From NCBI GenBank assembly GCA_041662745.1, contig JBAZRV010000006.1:11215-43214 (forward strand): a DNA stretch of 32,000 nt, in the 5' to 3' direction. The position numbers and the translations under genes were made by a program. Below are positions 1-7,223 of the stretch, one piece after another. Under the pieces are notes generated by a model that saw only the letters and a list, made by a program, of their open reading frames with translations, ran no database searches and was not told where the DNA came from. The first letter of the stretch is position 1. Every line of letters begins with the position of its first letter. Source of the DNA: Patescibacteria group bacterium (GTDB lineage Bacteria; Patescibacteriota; Patescibacteriia; 2-01-FULL-39-33).

Positions 1-7
1 CTGTTTC

Positions 8-95
8 GGCTAGGCACGACAAGCATGGGAATTCTTTATCAGTTTCGTTTGGGTTTCGACTCGAACGATGCTAATAAAAATTTTCTTGCCTAGCC
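8..95. other. Nested inverted repeat at left edge (possible structured RNA or element)
   Basis: GGCTAGGCA (8-16) is the exact reverse complement of TGCCTAGCC (87-95), with smaller nested AGCAT/ATGCT and GTTTCG/CGAAC pairings. No recognisable ORF. Confidence 0.4.
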
Positions 96-197
96 AAATC
101 AGCCCGAGTGGCGCAACTTTTTGGCCCGTGGAACCACGTTTATTGCCAATTAAAAAACATCCGATATTACCGGGTGTTTTTTCGTATCTTATTATTT

Positions 198-229
198 GTC
201 ATTCCTGGCTTGACCAGGAATCCAGGTTA
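198..229 (+). repeat. Palindromic repeat family A, copy 1
   Basis: GTCATTCCTGGCTTGACCAGGAATCCAGGTTA; internal ATTCCTGG/CCAGGAAT stem. Identical over 32 nt to the copy at 26613-26644. Confidence 0.9.
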
Positions 230-233
230 TCTT

Positions 234-276
234 GTCATCCCGGAAATTTATAACCAAATTATCCGGGATCTCTGAC
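234..276. repeat. Hairpin repeat related to family A (GTCATCCCGG...CCGGGAT...GAC)
   Basis: ATCCCGGA/TCCGGGAT 8 bp inverted repeat just downstream of copy 1, sharing the GTCAT-type terminus. Confidence 0.6.
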
Positions 277-322
277 TTAAAAAATAAAATTAATTTTTTA
301 ATACAAATCAAATGCAAATCTC

Positions 323-1105
323 TCAATGTTTTCTCTTATAAGAAAACGAGATTAACCCAATAATAATCAATGCAACACTAAACACCTGCGGGAAGCGAAA
401 ACCAAAGATCATGGCTGTCGCGTCAAACCGTAAAAACTCCATTATAAATCTGATCAGTCCGTAGCCAGCGAGATATAACGCCAAATATTGCCCCGACCGG
501 AACAGCCTTTTTTTGAAAGAAAAAAACAATAATAAAAATAAACATAAACTCAACAACGATTCATACAAAAACAGCGGTTGGAAATATTGGCTGGATGAAT
601 ACTGTTCCGGCCGCAAGCTGGCCGGTATGGGTATGCCCCAAGGCAGGCCAGTGGGCCGGCCGAACAATTCCTGATTAAAATAATTGCCCCAACGCCCCAA
701 CGCCTGACCCAAGGGCAAGACCACGGCGGATAGATCCAGCCATGGCCAAACTGAACGTTTCTTCCGCCAACACCAGAAGAGCAAAAATAAAATCCCGCCG
801 ATGATCGCGCCGTGGATCGCCATTCCTCCCTGCCAAACGGCGATAATCGCCTGCGGATGCCGGGAAAAATAAGCCCAGTCAACTACCAGCACGTCATACA
901 AACGCGCCCCGATAACCGCCCCGATAACCGCCCAGAAAGCCAACTCATAAATGTCATCGCTCTTATCGCCCTGGCGGCGCAACAAATAAACCGCCACAGC
1001 TAAGCAAAGCAGGATAGCTGAAGCGATAATCAGGCCGTACCAATAAATATTAATGGGGCCAAAGGAAAAAACGATTCTGCCGGGGGTAAAATAATGGATG
1101 AACAT
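323..1105 (-). CDS. lgt: Prolipoprotein diacylglyceryl transferase
   Basis: 260 aa multi-TM ORF with Lgt motifs (WYGLIIASA, GGMAIHGAIIGG, GQALGRWGNYFNQELFG, PLFLYESL). Confidence 0.96.
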   Translation of the reverse strand: MFIHYFTPGRIVFSFGPINIYWYGLIIASAILLCLAVAVYLLRRQGDKSDDIYELAFWAVIGAVIGARLYDVLVVDWAYFSRHPQAIIAVWQGGMAIHGAIIGGILFLLFWCWRKKRSVWPWLDLSAVVLPLGQALGRWGNYFNQELFGRPTGLPWGIPIPASLRPEQYSSSQYFQPLFLYESLLSLCLFLLLFFSFKKRLFRSGQYLALYLAGYGLIRFIMEFLRFDATAMIFGFRFPQVFSVALIIIGLISFSYKRKH

Positions 1106-1111
1106 GTCTTC

Positions 1112-1141
1112 ATTATACTATCCACACCCCCCTCTTGACAA
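1112..1141 (-). promoter_or_regulatory. Sigma70-like promoter for lgt: TTGTCA - N18 - TATAAT
   Basis: Reverse complement of 1136-1141 is TTGTCA and of 1112-1117 is TATAAT, spacer 18. The expected start falls at the lgt ATG. Confidence 0.6.
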
Positions 1142-1163
1142 AAAAATTAAAGTGTGCTATAAT
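1135..1163 (+). promoter_or_regulatory. Consensus sigma70-like promoter TTGACA - N17 - TATAAT
   Basis: TTGACA 1135-1140 and TATAAT 1158-1163, exact 17 nt spacer. Confidence 0.8.
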
Positions 1164-1261
1164 GGTATATTGATGATTCTAGGGGAAGTTCCTTAAATCA
1201 CTATAACTAATGATGTCATGGATCCGCGGATAATGATTTAACAAACGAAGGAGAATACCCG

Positions 1262-1411
1262 ATGCCAAAAGACGAATGCCCGTTTTGTCAAAATAATCCC
1301 GAAAATATTACCGACGACGATTTTTGCCCCATGTGCGGGATCCCATCGCTACAGTACACCAAGTTTATTGAGGAAGAAATGGAAGAAAACGGTGAACTTG
1401 ATCCGTACTGA
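1262..1411 (+). CDS. 49 aa zinc-ribbon-like small protein (CPFC...CPMC), not listed in the ORF track
   Basis: ATG with GGAG Shine-Dalgarno in AACGAAGGAGAATACCCG; translation MPKDECPFCQNNPENITDDDFCPMCGIPSLQYTKFIEEEMEENGELDPY; two CxxC knuckles; promoter upstream. Confidence 0.7.
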   Translation: MPKDECPFCQNNPENITDDDFCPMCGIPSLQYTKFIEEEMEENGELDPY

Positions 1412-1452
1412 CAACCAGTCCGAAATTATAGCTCAAAGCCGGGAGAGATTGA

Positions 1453-1758
1453 ATGCCAAGAAAAAAACAATTGCGTCTTACTAGGCGTCCCGGGAAGTCG
1501 GCCTTCTGGATTTACGAGAAGGATTGGGAAGCCAGGCAGGGCCGGAGGATTCACTACAAGAGAAAACCCCTGGTCATCCAAGCGTACAGTGAGAAACAGG
1601 CGGTGAGTTTCTATGTGCGGACTTTTCTGCGCCAGCGCGGGAAGAAAGCCATAGATACCGCCGAGAATTACTTCGCCCGTCTCGTGAAGGGCGGAGCAGT
1701 CGGATCGCAAACAGAGTTGCCGCATGAGTTGCCGCCTAAGCATAAGGCGACGCAATAG
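1453..1758 (+). CDS. Hypothetical basic protein, 101 aa
   Basis: Open frame downstream of the zinc-ribbon ORF and before a GC-rich hairpin; basic N-terminus. No family recognised. Confidence 0.5.
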   Translation: MPRKKQLRLTRRPGKSAFWIYEKDWEARQGRRIHYKRKPLVIQAYSEKQAVSFYVRTFLRQRGKKAIDTAENYFARLVKGGAVGSQTELPHELPPKHKATQ

Positions 1759-1774
1759 AATGTTTTTTCCTCAT

Positions 1775-1799
1775 CCCCCGCGAACGCGTTTCGCGGGGG
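1775..1799 (+). terminator. GC-rich hairpin, likely terminator
   Basis: CCCCCGCGAA CGCGT TTCGCGGGGG followed by AATTTATTTT. Confidence 0.6.
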
Positions 1800-1998
1800 A
1801 ATTTATTTTCCTTATATTGTATTTGCATTATATTTACATTTAAAAAATGCGGCCATTGAAAATATTGCGCCAATTTTCAGTGTCCGTCACAGACGGACCG
1901 TGCGGACACGAAAAATTTTCGCAAGCGCAGCGTCAGAAAATTTAAGTGGGCGCAACTGAAAATTTGGCCATGATTTTTAGCGGCCGCGACTCTTTGGT

Positions 1999-2024
1999 GA
2001 TACTTTTCTCTAGAGAAAAGTATC
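1999..2024. repeat. Perfect 26 nt palindrome
   Basis: GATACTTTTCTCTAGAGAAAAGTATC equals its own reverse complement. Confidence 0.85.
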
Positions 2025-2071
2025 GTGAAAATTAAACCCCTCATAATCTCCTCTTCCATAAGGGGTAGAAA

Positions 2072-2123
2072 TAACCTGGATTCCCGCCCTTGCCTGCCGG
2101 CAGGCAAGGTACATGGGAATGAC
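2072..2123 (-). repeat. Palindromic repeat family A, copy 2, with expanded loop containing a 22 nt palindrome
   Basis: Reverse complement GTCATTCCCATGTACCTTGCCTGCCGGCAGGCAAGGGCGGGAATCCAGGTTA; same ends as the other copies; inner CCTTGCCTGCCGGCAGGCAAGG at 2088-2109 is self-complementary. Confidence 0.85.
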
Positions 2124-2133
2124 AACTCTGATA

Positions 2134-2162
2134 TTGACATTTCTCTTTAAATGCTATATAAT
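2134..2162 (+). promoter_or_regulatory. Consensus promoter for rpsO-pnp: TTGACA - N17 - TATAAT
   Basis: TTGACA 2134-2139, TATAAT 2157-2162. Confidence 0.8.
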
Positions 2163-2275
2163 AAAACCACTAATTATTAAGGCGAATTTCCGGTGCCGGA
2201 GGGCCGGCAACCCCGGTTTCTGCTATTCTGCAGAACTACACAAGTACTGGGAATTACGCGACACAAGTCATCACT

Positions 2276-2638
2276 ATGATAGACAAAAAAAAGAAACAGC
2301 AAATCATCAAAAAATTTGCTGTCCATGAGAACGACACCGGATCATCGGAAGTGCAAATCGCGCTCTTGACCGAAGAAATCAAAAGCCTGACCGAACACTT
2401 AAAAGCCCACAAAAAAGATTTTTCTTCCCGCCGCGGCTTATTGCGCAAGGTGGCCGAAAGACGCAGATTGTTGCGTTATTTGGAGAGAGAAAATTCCGCC
2501 GGCTTTGACGAGCTGGTCAAGTGCCTGAAGCTGAAGATCGCCAAACGCAAAGAGCTCTCCTCCAAATTACTGGAAGACGAGATCAAAGAAGAATTGGGTG
2601 AAGAAATCAAACCTGAAACCGAAACCACTGAAATATAA
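2276..2638 (+). CDS. rpsO: 30S ribosomal protein S15
   Basis: HENDTGSSEVQIALLTEEIKSLTEHLKAHKKDFSSRRGLLRKVAERRRLLRYL is the S15 signature; extra acidic C-terminal tail; followed by pnp as in many bacteria. Confidence 0.97.
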   Translation: MIDKKKKQQIIKKFAVHENDTGSSEVQIALLTEEIKSLTEHLKAHKKDFSSRRGLLRKVAERRRLLRYLERENSAGFDELVKCLKLKIAKRKELSSKLLEDEIKEELGEEIKPETETTEI

Positions 2639-2645
2639 TATGGTG

Positions 2646-2675
2646 CGCGGGACGCCGGCTTTTCGGCGCCCCGCG
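2646..2675 (+). terminator. rpsO-pnp intergenic GC-rich hairpin (partial terminator or processing site)
   Basis: CGCGGGACGCCG / CGGCGCCCCGCG, 11 of 12 pairs, followed by TTTT. Confidence 0.6.
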
Positions 2676-2712
2676 TTTTGCGCCAAGCTCGCTTTTTAAA
2701 AATTAACCTAAC

Positions 2713-2796
2713 GGACCGAGACAGGAGATTATTTATTTGAAAGAAAAGCTGACTCAGGCAGCCGGCTTTCCCTTCAAATAAATCCCGCTCGGTTCC
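2713..2796 (+). promoter_or_regulatory. Long imperfect stem-loop in the pnp leader
   Basis: ATTTATTTGAAAGAAAAGC (2731-2749) pairs with GCTTTCCCTTCAAATAAAT (2765-2783); outer GGACCGAG with CTCGGTTCC. Confidence 0.65.
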
Positions 2797-2818
2797 TAAA
2801 CAAGAAAGGACCGAAACT

Positions 2819-5104
2819 ATGTTTGCAAACAAAAAATTCCAAACCGAATTCGGCGGCAGAACTTTAACCGTAGAACTCGGCAAACTGGCTCACCAATGCA
2901 ATGGCGCAGCCCTGGTTTCTTATGGCGAAACCGTTATCTTGGCCACCGCCGTTATGGGCAAAGAACCCAGAATGGGTATTGACTTCTTTCCGTTGCAAAT
3001 AGAAATGGTGGAAAAGATGTACGCCGCCGGCAAAATCAAAGGTTCCAAGTTCGTCAAACGCGACGGCCGCCCGACCGATAACGCCATTTTAGACGGCCGC
3101 ATGATTGACCGCGGCATTCGCCCGCTCTTCAATCAAGAAATGCGCCACGAGGTGCAAGTCGCCACTACCGTCTTGTCTTATGACGAGGAGAACTCTGTTG
3201 ATGTCTTGGCGATTACCGCCGGCTCATTGGCCCTGCATATTTCCGATATCCCTTGGCGCGGCCCCTTGGTCGGCGTCTGCGTCGGCCGTGTTAACGGCGA
3301 ACTCATTCTTAACCCAACCGAAAGCCAATTGAAAGAATCTGATTTTAAATTGATTTTCTCGGCCGGTTATGACAAAGTTTTGATGATTGACGCTGAAGGC
3401 AAAGAAATCACCGAGGCGGATATGGCTCAAGCCATTGGCTTCGGACTCAAAGCTATCAAACCGCTGTTAGATTTCATTGAAAGCATCAGAAAAGAAATCG
3501 GACTGGGGAAAAAAGACGAGGCCAAATTAGTTGAAGCCGCTTGGGCCAACATGGAAATCACCTTGGCCGAGAAAAAAGCGACTTTTGAGGAAGCCAAGAA
3601 ATTCTTTGCGCCCCAACTGGACAAATACCTGTTCAACCAGCCCAAAGGCACCAAACGCGAACGCAAGGCCGTGGCTGAAAAACTCTTGGATTTGTTCATT
3701 GAACAACTGAAAGCCAAAAATACTCACGAAGAGATTATTGCTTATATCAAAGAAAACTTTGATTTGTATTTGGAAGACGAAGTAACCAAGGCCATCTTAG
3801 ATAAAGACTTAAGAATTGACGGCCGCGGCGTTACTGACATTAGACCCTTATCGGCTAACGTCGGCATCCTGCCCCGCACCCATGGCACCGGCTTGTTCCA
3901 GCGCGGTGAAACCCAAATCCTGTCCGTTGTTACTTTGGGCGCGCCCGGCGATGCTCAAATTTTGGATGAAATGACCCAGGATGACACCAAAAAAACTTAC
4001 ATCCACCATTATAGTTCCGCCCCCTTCGCTTATGGCGAACCGGGACGTTTTGGCTCACCCGGACGCCGCGAGATCGGCCACGGCGCTTTGGCGGAAAAAG
4101 CTTTGATTCCGGTTTTGCCGGACAAAGAGAAATTCCCTTACACCATCTTAGTCGTCTCCGAAGTCATGGGCTCTAACGGCTCATCTTCCATGGCCTCTAC
4201 TTGCGGTTCCACTTTGGCCTTAATGGATGCCGGCGTACCCATCAAAAAACCGGTGGCCGGAATCGCCATGGGCCTCGCTTCTGATGGCCAGCGCAACAAG
4301 GTCATTACTGATTTGCAGGATTTTGAAGACGGTCCCGGCGGCATGGATTTCAAAGTTACCGGTACTGCCGATGGCATTACTGCCATCCAAATGGACACCA
4401 AAACAGACGGATTATCCATAGACTTATGCGTTGAATCCCTGGCTCGCGCCAAAGAAGCGCGCCTGAAAATTTTAGACGTAATTACCAACGCTATTCCTGA
4501 ACCGCGTTCCGATTTATCGCCATACGCTCCTCGCATCATCTGCTTACGCATTGATCCGGAAAAAATCGGCGCGGTTATCGGCGCCGGCGGCAAGGTTATC
4601 AACAAAATTATTGAAGAATGCGGCGTTCAGATTGATATTGATGATGACGGCATTGTCGCTATTACCGGCGTCGGCCAAGAAAGCATGGACAAGGCCGTGG
4701 CTTGGATTGAAGGCTTAGTCAAAGAAGTGGAACCGGGTGAGATTTACACCGGCAAAGTGGTCCGCCTGATGGACTTTGGCGCTTTCGTAGAAATCCTGCC
4801 GGGCCAGGACGGCTTAGTGCATATTTCCGAATTCTCCAACAACCGCGTAGACAAAATAACCGATGTAGCCAACATCGGCGACGAACTGACTGTTAAAGTC
4901 ATTGAAATAGACGACAAGGGTCGCATCAATTTATCAGTCAAGCAGGCTGATCCGAATTATAATCCGGCCGAAGACATGCGTCGCCCGCGCAGCGATAGCG
5001 GCGATCGTCCCGGCGGACGGGGCGGTTTCAATCGCGACCGCGATCGCGGCGGGTTCGGCGGACAAAGACGGCGCGATAATGATCGCGGCGGGTTCCGACG
5101 CTAA
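2819..5104 (+). CDS. pnp: Polyribonucleotide nucleotidyltransferase (PNPase)
   Basis: 761 aa; two RNase PH domains, KH (IGAVIGAGGKVINKI), S1 (GEIYTGKVVRLMDFGAFVEILPGQDGLVHISE), RGG-like basic tail. Confidence 0.98.
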   Translation: MFANKKFQTEFGGRTLTVELGKLAHQCNGAALVSYGETVILATAVMGKEPRMGIDFFPLQIEMVEKMYAAGKIKGSKFVKRDGRPTDNAILDGRMIDRGIRPLFNQEMRHEVQVATTVLSYDEENSVDVLAITAGSLALHISDIPWRGPLVGVCVGRVNGELILNPTESQLKESDFKLIFSAGYDKVLMIDAEGKEITEADMAQAIGFGLKAIKPLLDFIESIRKEIGLGKKDEAKLVEAAWANMEITLAEKKATFEEAKKFFAPQLDKYLFNQPKGTKRERKAVAEKLLDLFIEQLKAKNTHEEIIAYIKENFDLYLEDEVTKAILDKDLRIDGRGVTDIRPLSANVGILPRTHGTGLFQRGETQILSVVTLGAPGDAQILDEMTQDDTKKTYIHHYSSAPFAYGEPGRFGSPGRREIGHGALAEKALIPVLPDKEKFPYTILVVSEVMGSNGSSSMASTCGSTLALMDAGVPIKKPVAGIAMGLASDGQRNKVITDLQDFEDGPGGMDFKVTGTADGITAIQMDTKTDGLSIDLCVESLARAKEARLKILDVITNAIPEPRSDLSPYAPRIICLRIDPEKIGAVIGAGGKVINKIIEECGVQIDIDDDGIVAITGVGQESMDKAVAWIEGLVKEVEPGEIYTGKVVRLMDFGAFVEILPGQDGLVHISEFSNNRVDKITDVANIGDELTVKVIEIDDKGRINLSVKQADPNYNPAEDMRRPRSDSGDRPGGRGGFNRDRDRGGFGGQRRRDNDRGGFRR

Positions 5105-5131
5105 TATCAAACCGATTAAACATACCCAAGA

Positions 5132-6490
5132 ATGATTGCTCTGCTTATTATCAAGCTGAAACAAATCTCTCACCGATCCCGGCTTCTGGCCGGGATTTCG
5201 GTAGGAGTTGTTTTTTTTCTTATCTTAATCAATCTGTTAAACGGTTTAAACAGCAATGATAAACTGGTTAGATTCGTCCGACCCAACACCACCTTTTACT
5301 TATCGCTTAATCTCAGTTCAGCGGAAAAGTCCCTGGCCGGCCTAAAAATAATTGACCGCCTCTTGGCCGGCTATCAATTAACCGATCTTAACCGCCATTG
5401 GCTCAAATCAAACCTGGGCCAAATTTGTTTGGCTGATAATAACAATCAATCTTGTTTTTTGCTGTTTGATGCCAGAAAAACCCAGGAAATTCAAAATTAT
5501 CTGGCAAAAAAAAATATTCCCTATCGACGCTTCGGTAAAACCTTCGCCATTGCCGACAGCCGAGAAAAATTAAAGTCGCTTAGGACCAATCTGTTGATCT
5601 CCCCCCTAAAGCCTCATGATAAGATTAATCGTCCGCGGGATATTACGGTTTATCTGCGTCCGCAAACCGGCAATAGCCCCAAAATGCTAAAAATAATTTC
5701 CTTAACTACTGCTGACCGAGGCGGCTTGTCTTGGCACGGCAAACTTTCCGGCCCCGCCATCAGTTTAATCGGCGATCAATCTTCGTTTCCTTTGTTGTCC
5801 TGGCCCATTATTTCCACCGAACAGTTGCCTAAAAATAGAAAAGACGCCGATTTAACCCTGGTTCTATCCGAACCGATCAAATTCTGGCAACAATGGCACA
5901 AAATAATTTCTTCCTCTCTGCCCAAAGACTACCAACTTCAAGAAAAAATTACCGCTCAACTGAAAAAATCGTACGGCTTTGATCCGACTGATCGCCTTTG
6001 GAGCCAATTAGCCTCCCAACCGCTGACGATTATAGCCAAATCTCGTTCGGCTTCCGGCGAAGATCTGCTAAGTGGTTATGATTGGTCGTTATTTTTATCC
6101 GCCGGCCGAGTTCTGTCTGCCACAGATATGGAAAAAATAGAAACTATGATGAAAAAGCTGGTTTCTCGCCGTCAACCTCAAGTTCAAACGATTTATTTAA
6201 GCGATGGTACGCCGGTTGCCGAGTTGTTAAGCGGCGGCGAACCGCAAGAATCAAGCACTGATGACGGCCAACGCTTCTTTTCCAACTCCGATCAGTCATT
6301 TATTCTGTTTTATTCAACCGAAAACGACAAATTAGAAATGGGGAACAGCCTTTCCTGGCAACCATCCCGAATATTGGATGATAAAAATTACCTAAAAATC
6401 AATCTGCAAGCCTTCAAAACATACACCAATCCGGTTTTGGCTGATTTCAACTGGCTGGAATCCAGGGGCAATAAAGTGATAATCTATTAA
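5132..6490 (+). CDS. Hypothetical membrane-anchored protein (DUF3352-like architecture)
   Basis: 452 aa with one N-terminal TM helix followed by a VRFVRPNTTFYLSLNLS-type extracellular domain. Family assignment tentative. Confidence 0.6.
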   Translation: MIALLIIKLKQISHRSRLLAGISVGVVFFLILINLLNGLNSNDKLVRFVRPNTTFYLSLNLSSAEKSLAGLKIIDRLLAGYQLTDLNRHWLKSNLGQICLADNNNQSCFLLFDARKTQEIQNYLAKKNIPYRRFGKTFAIADSREKLKSLRTNLLISPLKPHDKINRPRDITVYLRPQTGNSPKMLKIISLTTADRGGLSWHGKLSGPAISLIGDQSSFPLLSWPIISTEQLPKNRKDADLTLVLSEPIKFWQQWHKIISSSLPKDYQLQEKITAQLKKSYGFDPTDRLWSQLASQPLTIIAKSRSASGEDLLSGYDWSLFLSAGRVLSATDMEKIETMMKKLVSRRQPQVQTIYLSDGTPVAELLSGGEPQESSTDDGQRFFSNSDQSFILFYSTENDKLEMGNSLSWQPSRILDDKNYLKINLQAFKTYTNPVLADFNWLESRGNKVIIY

Positions 6491-6631
6491 ACCACAAAGA
6501 ATAACAGCTGTTGATAAGATGTGTATAACTTTACTAAAAACTGCCATTTATAATAAAAAATATTTTGTATTTTTCTACACTATATTATTTTTTAGCTAAA
6601 TTAAAACATTTTATTTATACTTGCCAAAGTT

Positions 6632-6660
6632 TTGACCGTGTTGTCAAAAACTGATATAAT
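6632..6660 (+). promoter_or_regulatory. Strong sigma70-like promoter TTGACC - N17 - TATAAT
   Basis: TTGACC 6632-6637, TATAAT 6655-6660. Confidence 0.75.
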
Positions 6661-6666
6661 ATCAAC

Positions 6667-7163
6667 AGGAGGCAAAGATAACGCTTCCAACGCACATTAG
6701 GGTCATAACAATGACCGCAGATATAGAAACCTGGCAATAAAGATACGTTAGCCCCAATAAGCCAAATATAAGTCTCTCTTGGCTCTCACGGCTAAACATC
6801 TCCATAGATTCATATCTTAGACCCAGCTTTCTGCTTTTTATCTGTTAGGCGCATGATGAAGGGACATAAGTCTCACCTTCGCGTCAGCGAACCTTACAAC
6901 GCAACAACCCGCTCCCCAATCCGTTTCTCATGACAATTCGCACTGTCCAGGCGTCCAACAATTCCAAAAAGAGCAATTGTGCTCGCCGCTTCGCGGGTAA
7001 AAAGCATAGCCATCTGACTTACGGCTAAAACTCCGATATTCGGATTATTTATTCTCGCCTACTCATCAAGCAGGCGAAAATGAGTACTGAGCACCGGATC
7101 TCAGTGGGCGCAAGCCAACCATAAGTAATAATTTAAGGTTGCGAATCTTGCGCCCCTTTTTTT
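6667..7163 (+). ncRNA. Candidate structured non-coding RNA, ~500 nt, class unrecognised
   Basis: Promoter-to-terminator interval without an ORF; many perfect local hairpins, e.g. 6701-6716, 6760-6784, 6748-6795, 6971-6984, 7032-7044, 7056-7076, 7086-7105, then a strong terminator. Confidence 0.6.
7106..7163 (+). terminator. Strong Rho-independent terminator
   Basis: GGGCGCAAG (7106-7114) pairs with CTTGCGCCC, with inner CAACC/GGTTG, followed by T7. Confidence 0.85.
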
Positions 7164-7223
7164 ATTCAAAAAATTTAGGGTAAAAAACGATTTTTGTGAT
7201 AAAATATAATTATACACAACACT

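Noticed and set aside
68-253. 61 aa ORF (…CHSWLDQESRLSCHPGNL)
   Set aside because: Its C-terminal part is translation of the palindromic repeats; no SD or protein-like composition supports it.
2476-5173. Numerous minus-strand ORFs opposite rpsO and pnp
   Set aside because: Shadow ORFs of strongly supported genes.
6600-7200. M-box or other known Mg2+ riboswitch, RNase P RNA, tmRNA, SRP RNA
   Set aside because: I looked for the M-box core, GAGGAAAGUCC of RNase P, tRNA-like tmRNA ends and tag, and the SRP motif and did not see them. A highly divergent version cannot be excluded without a covariance search.
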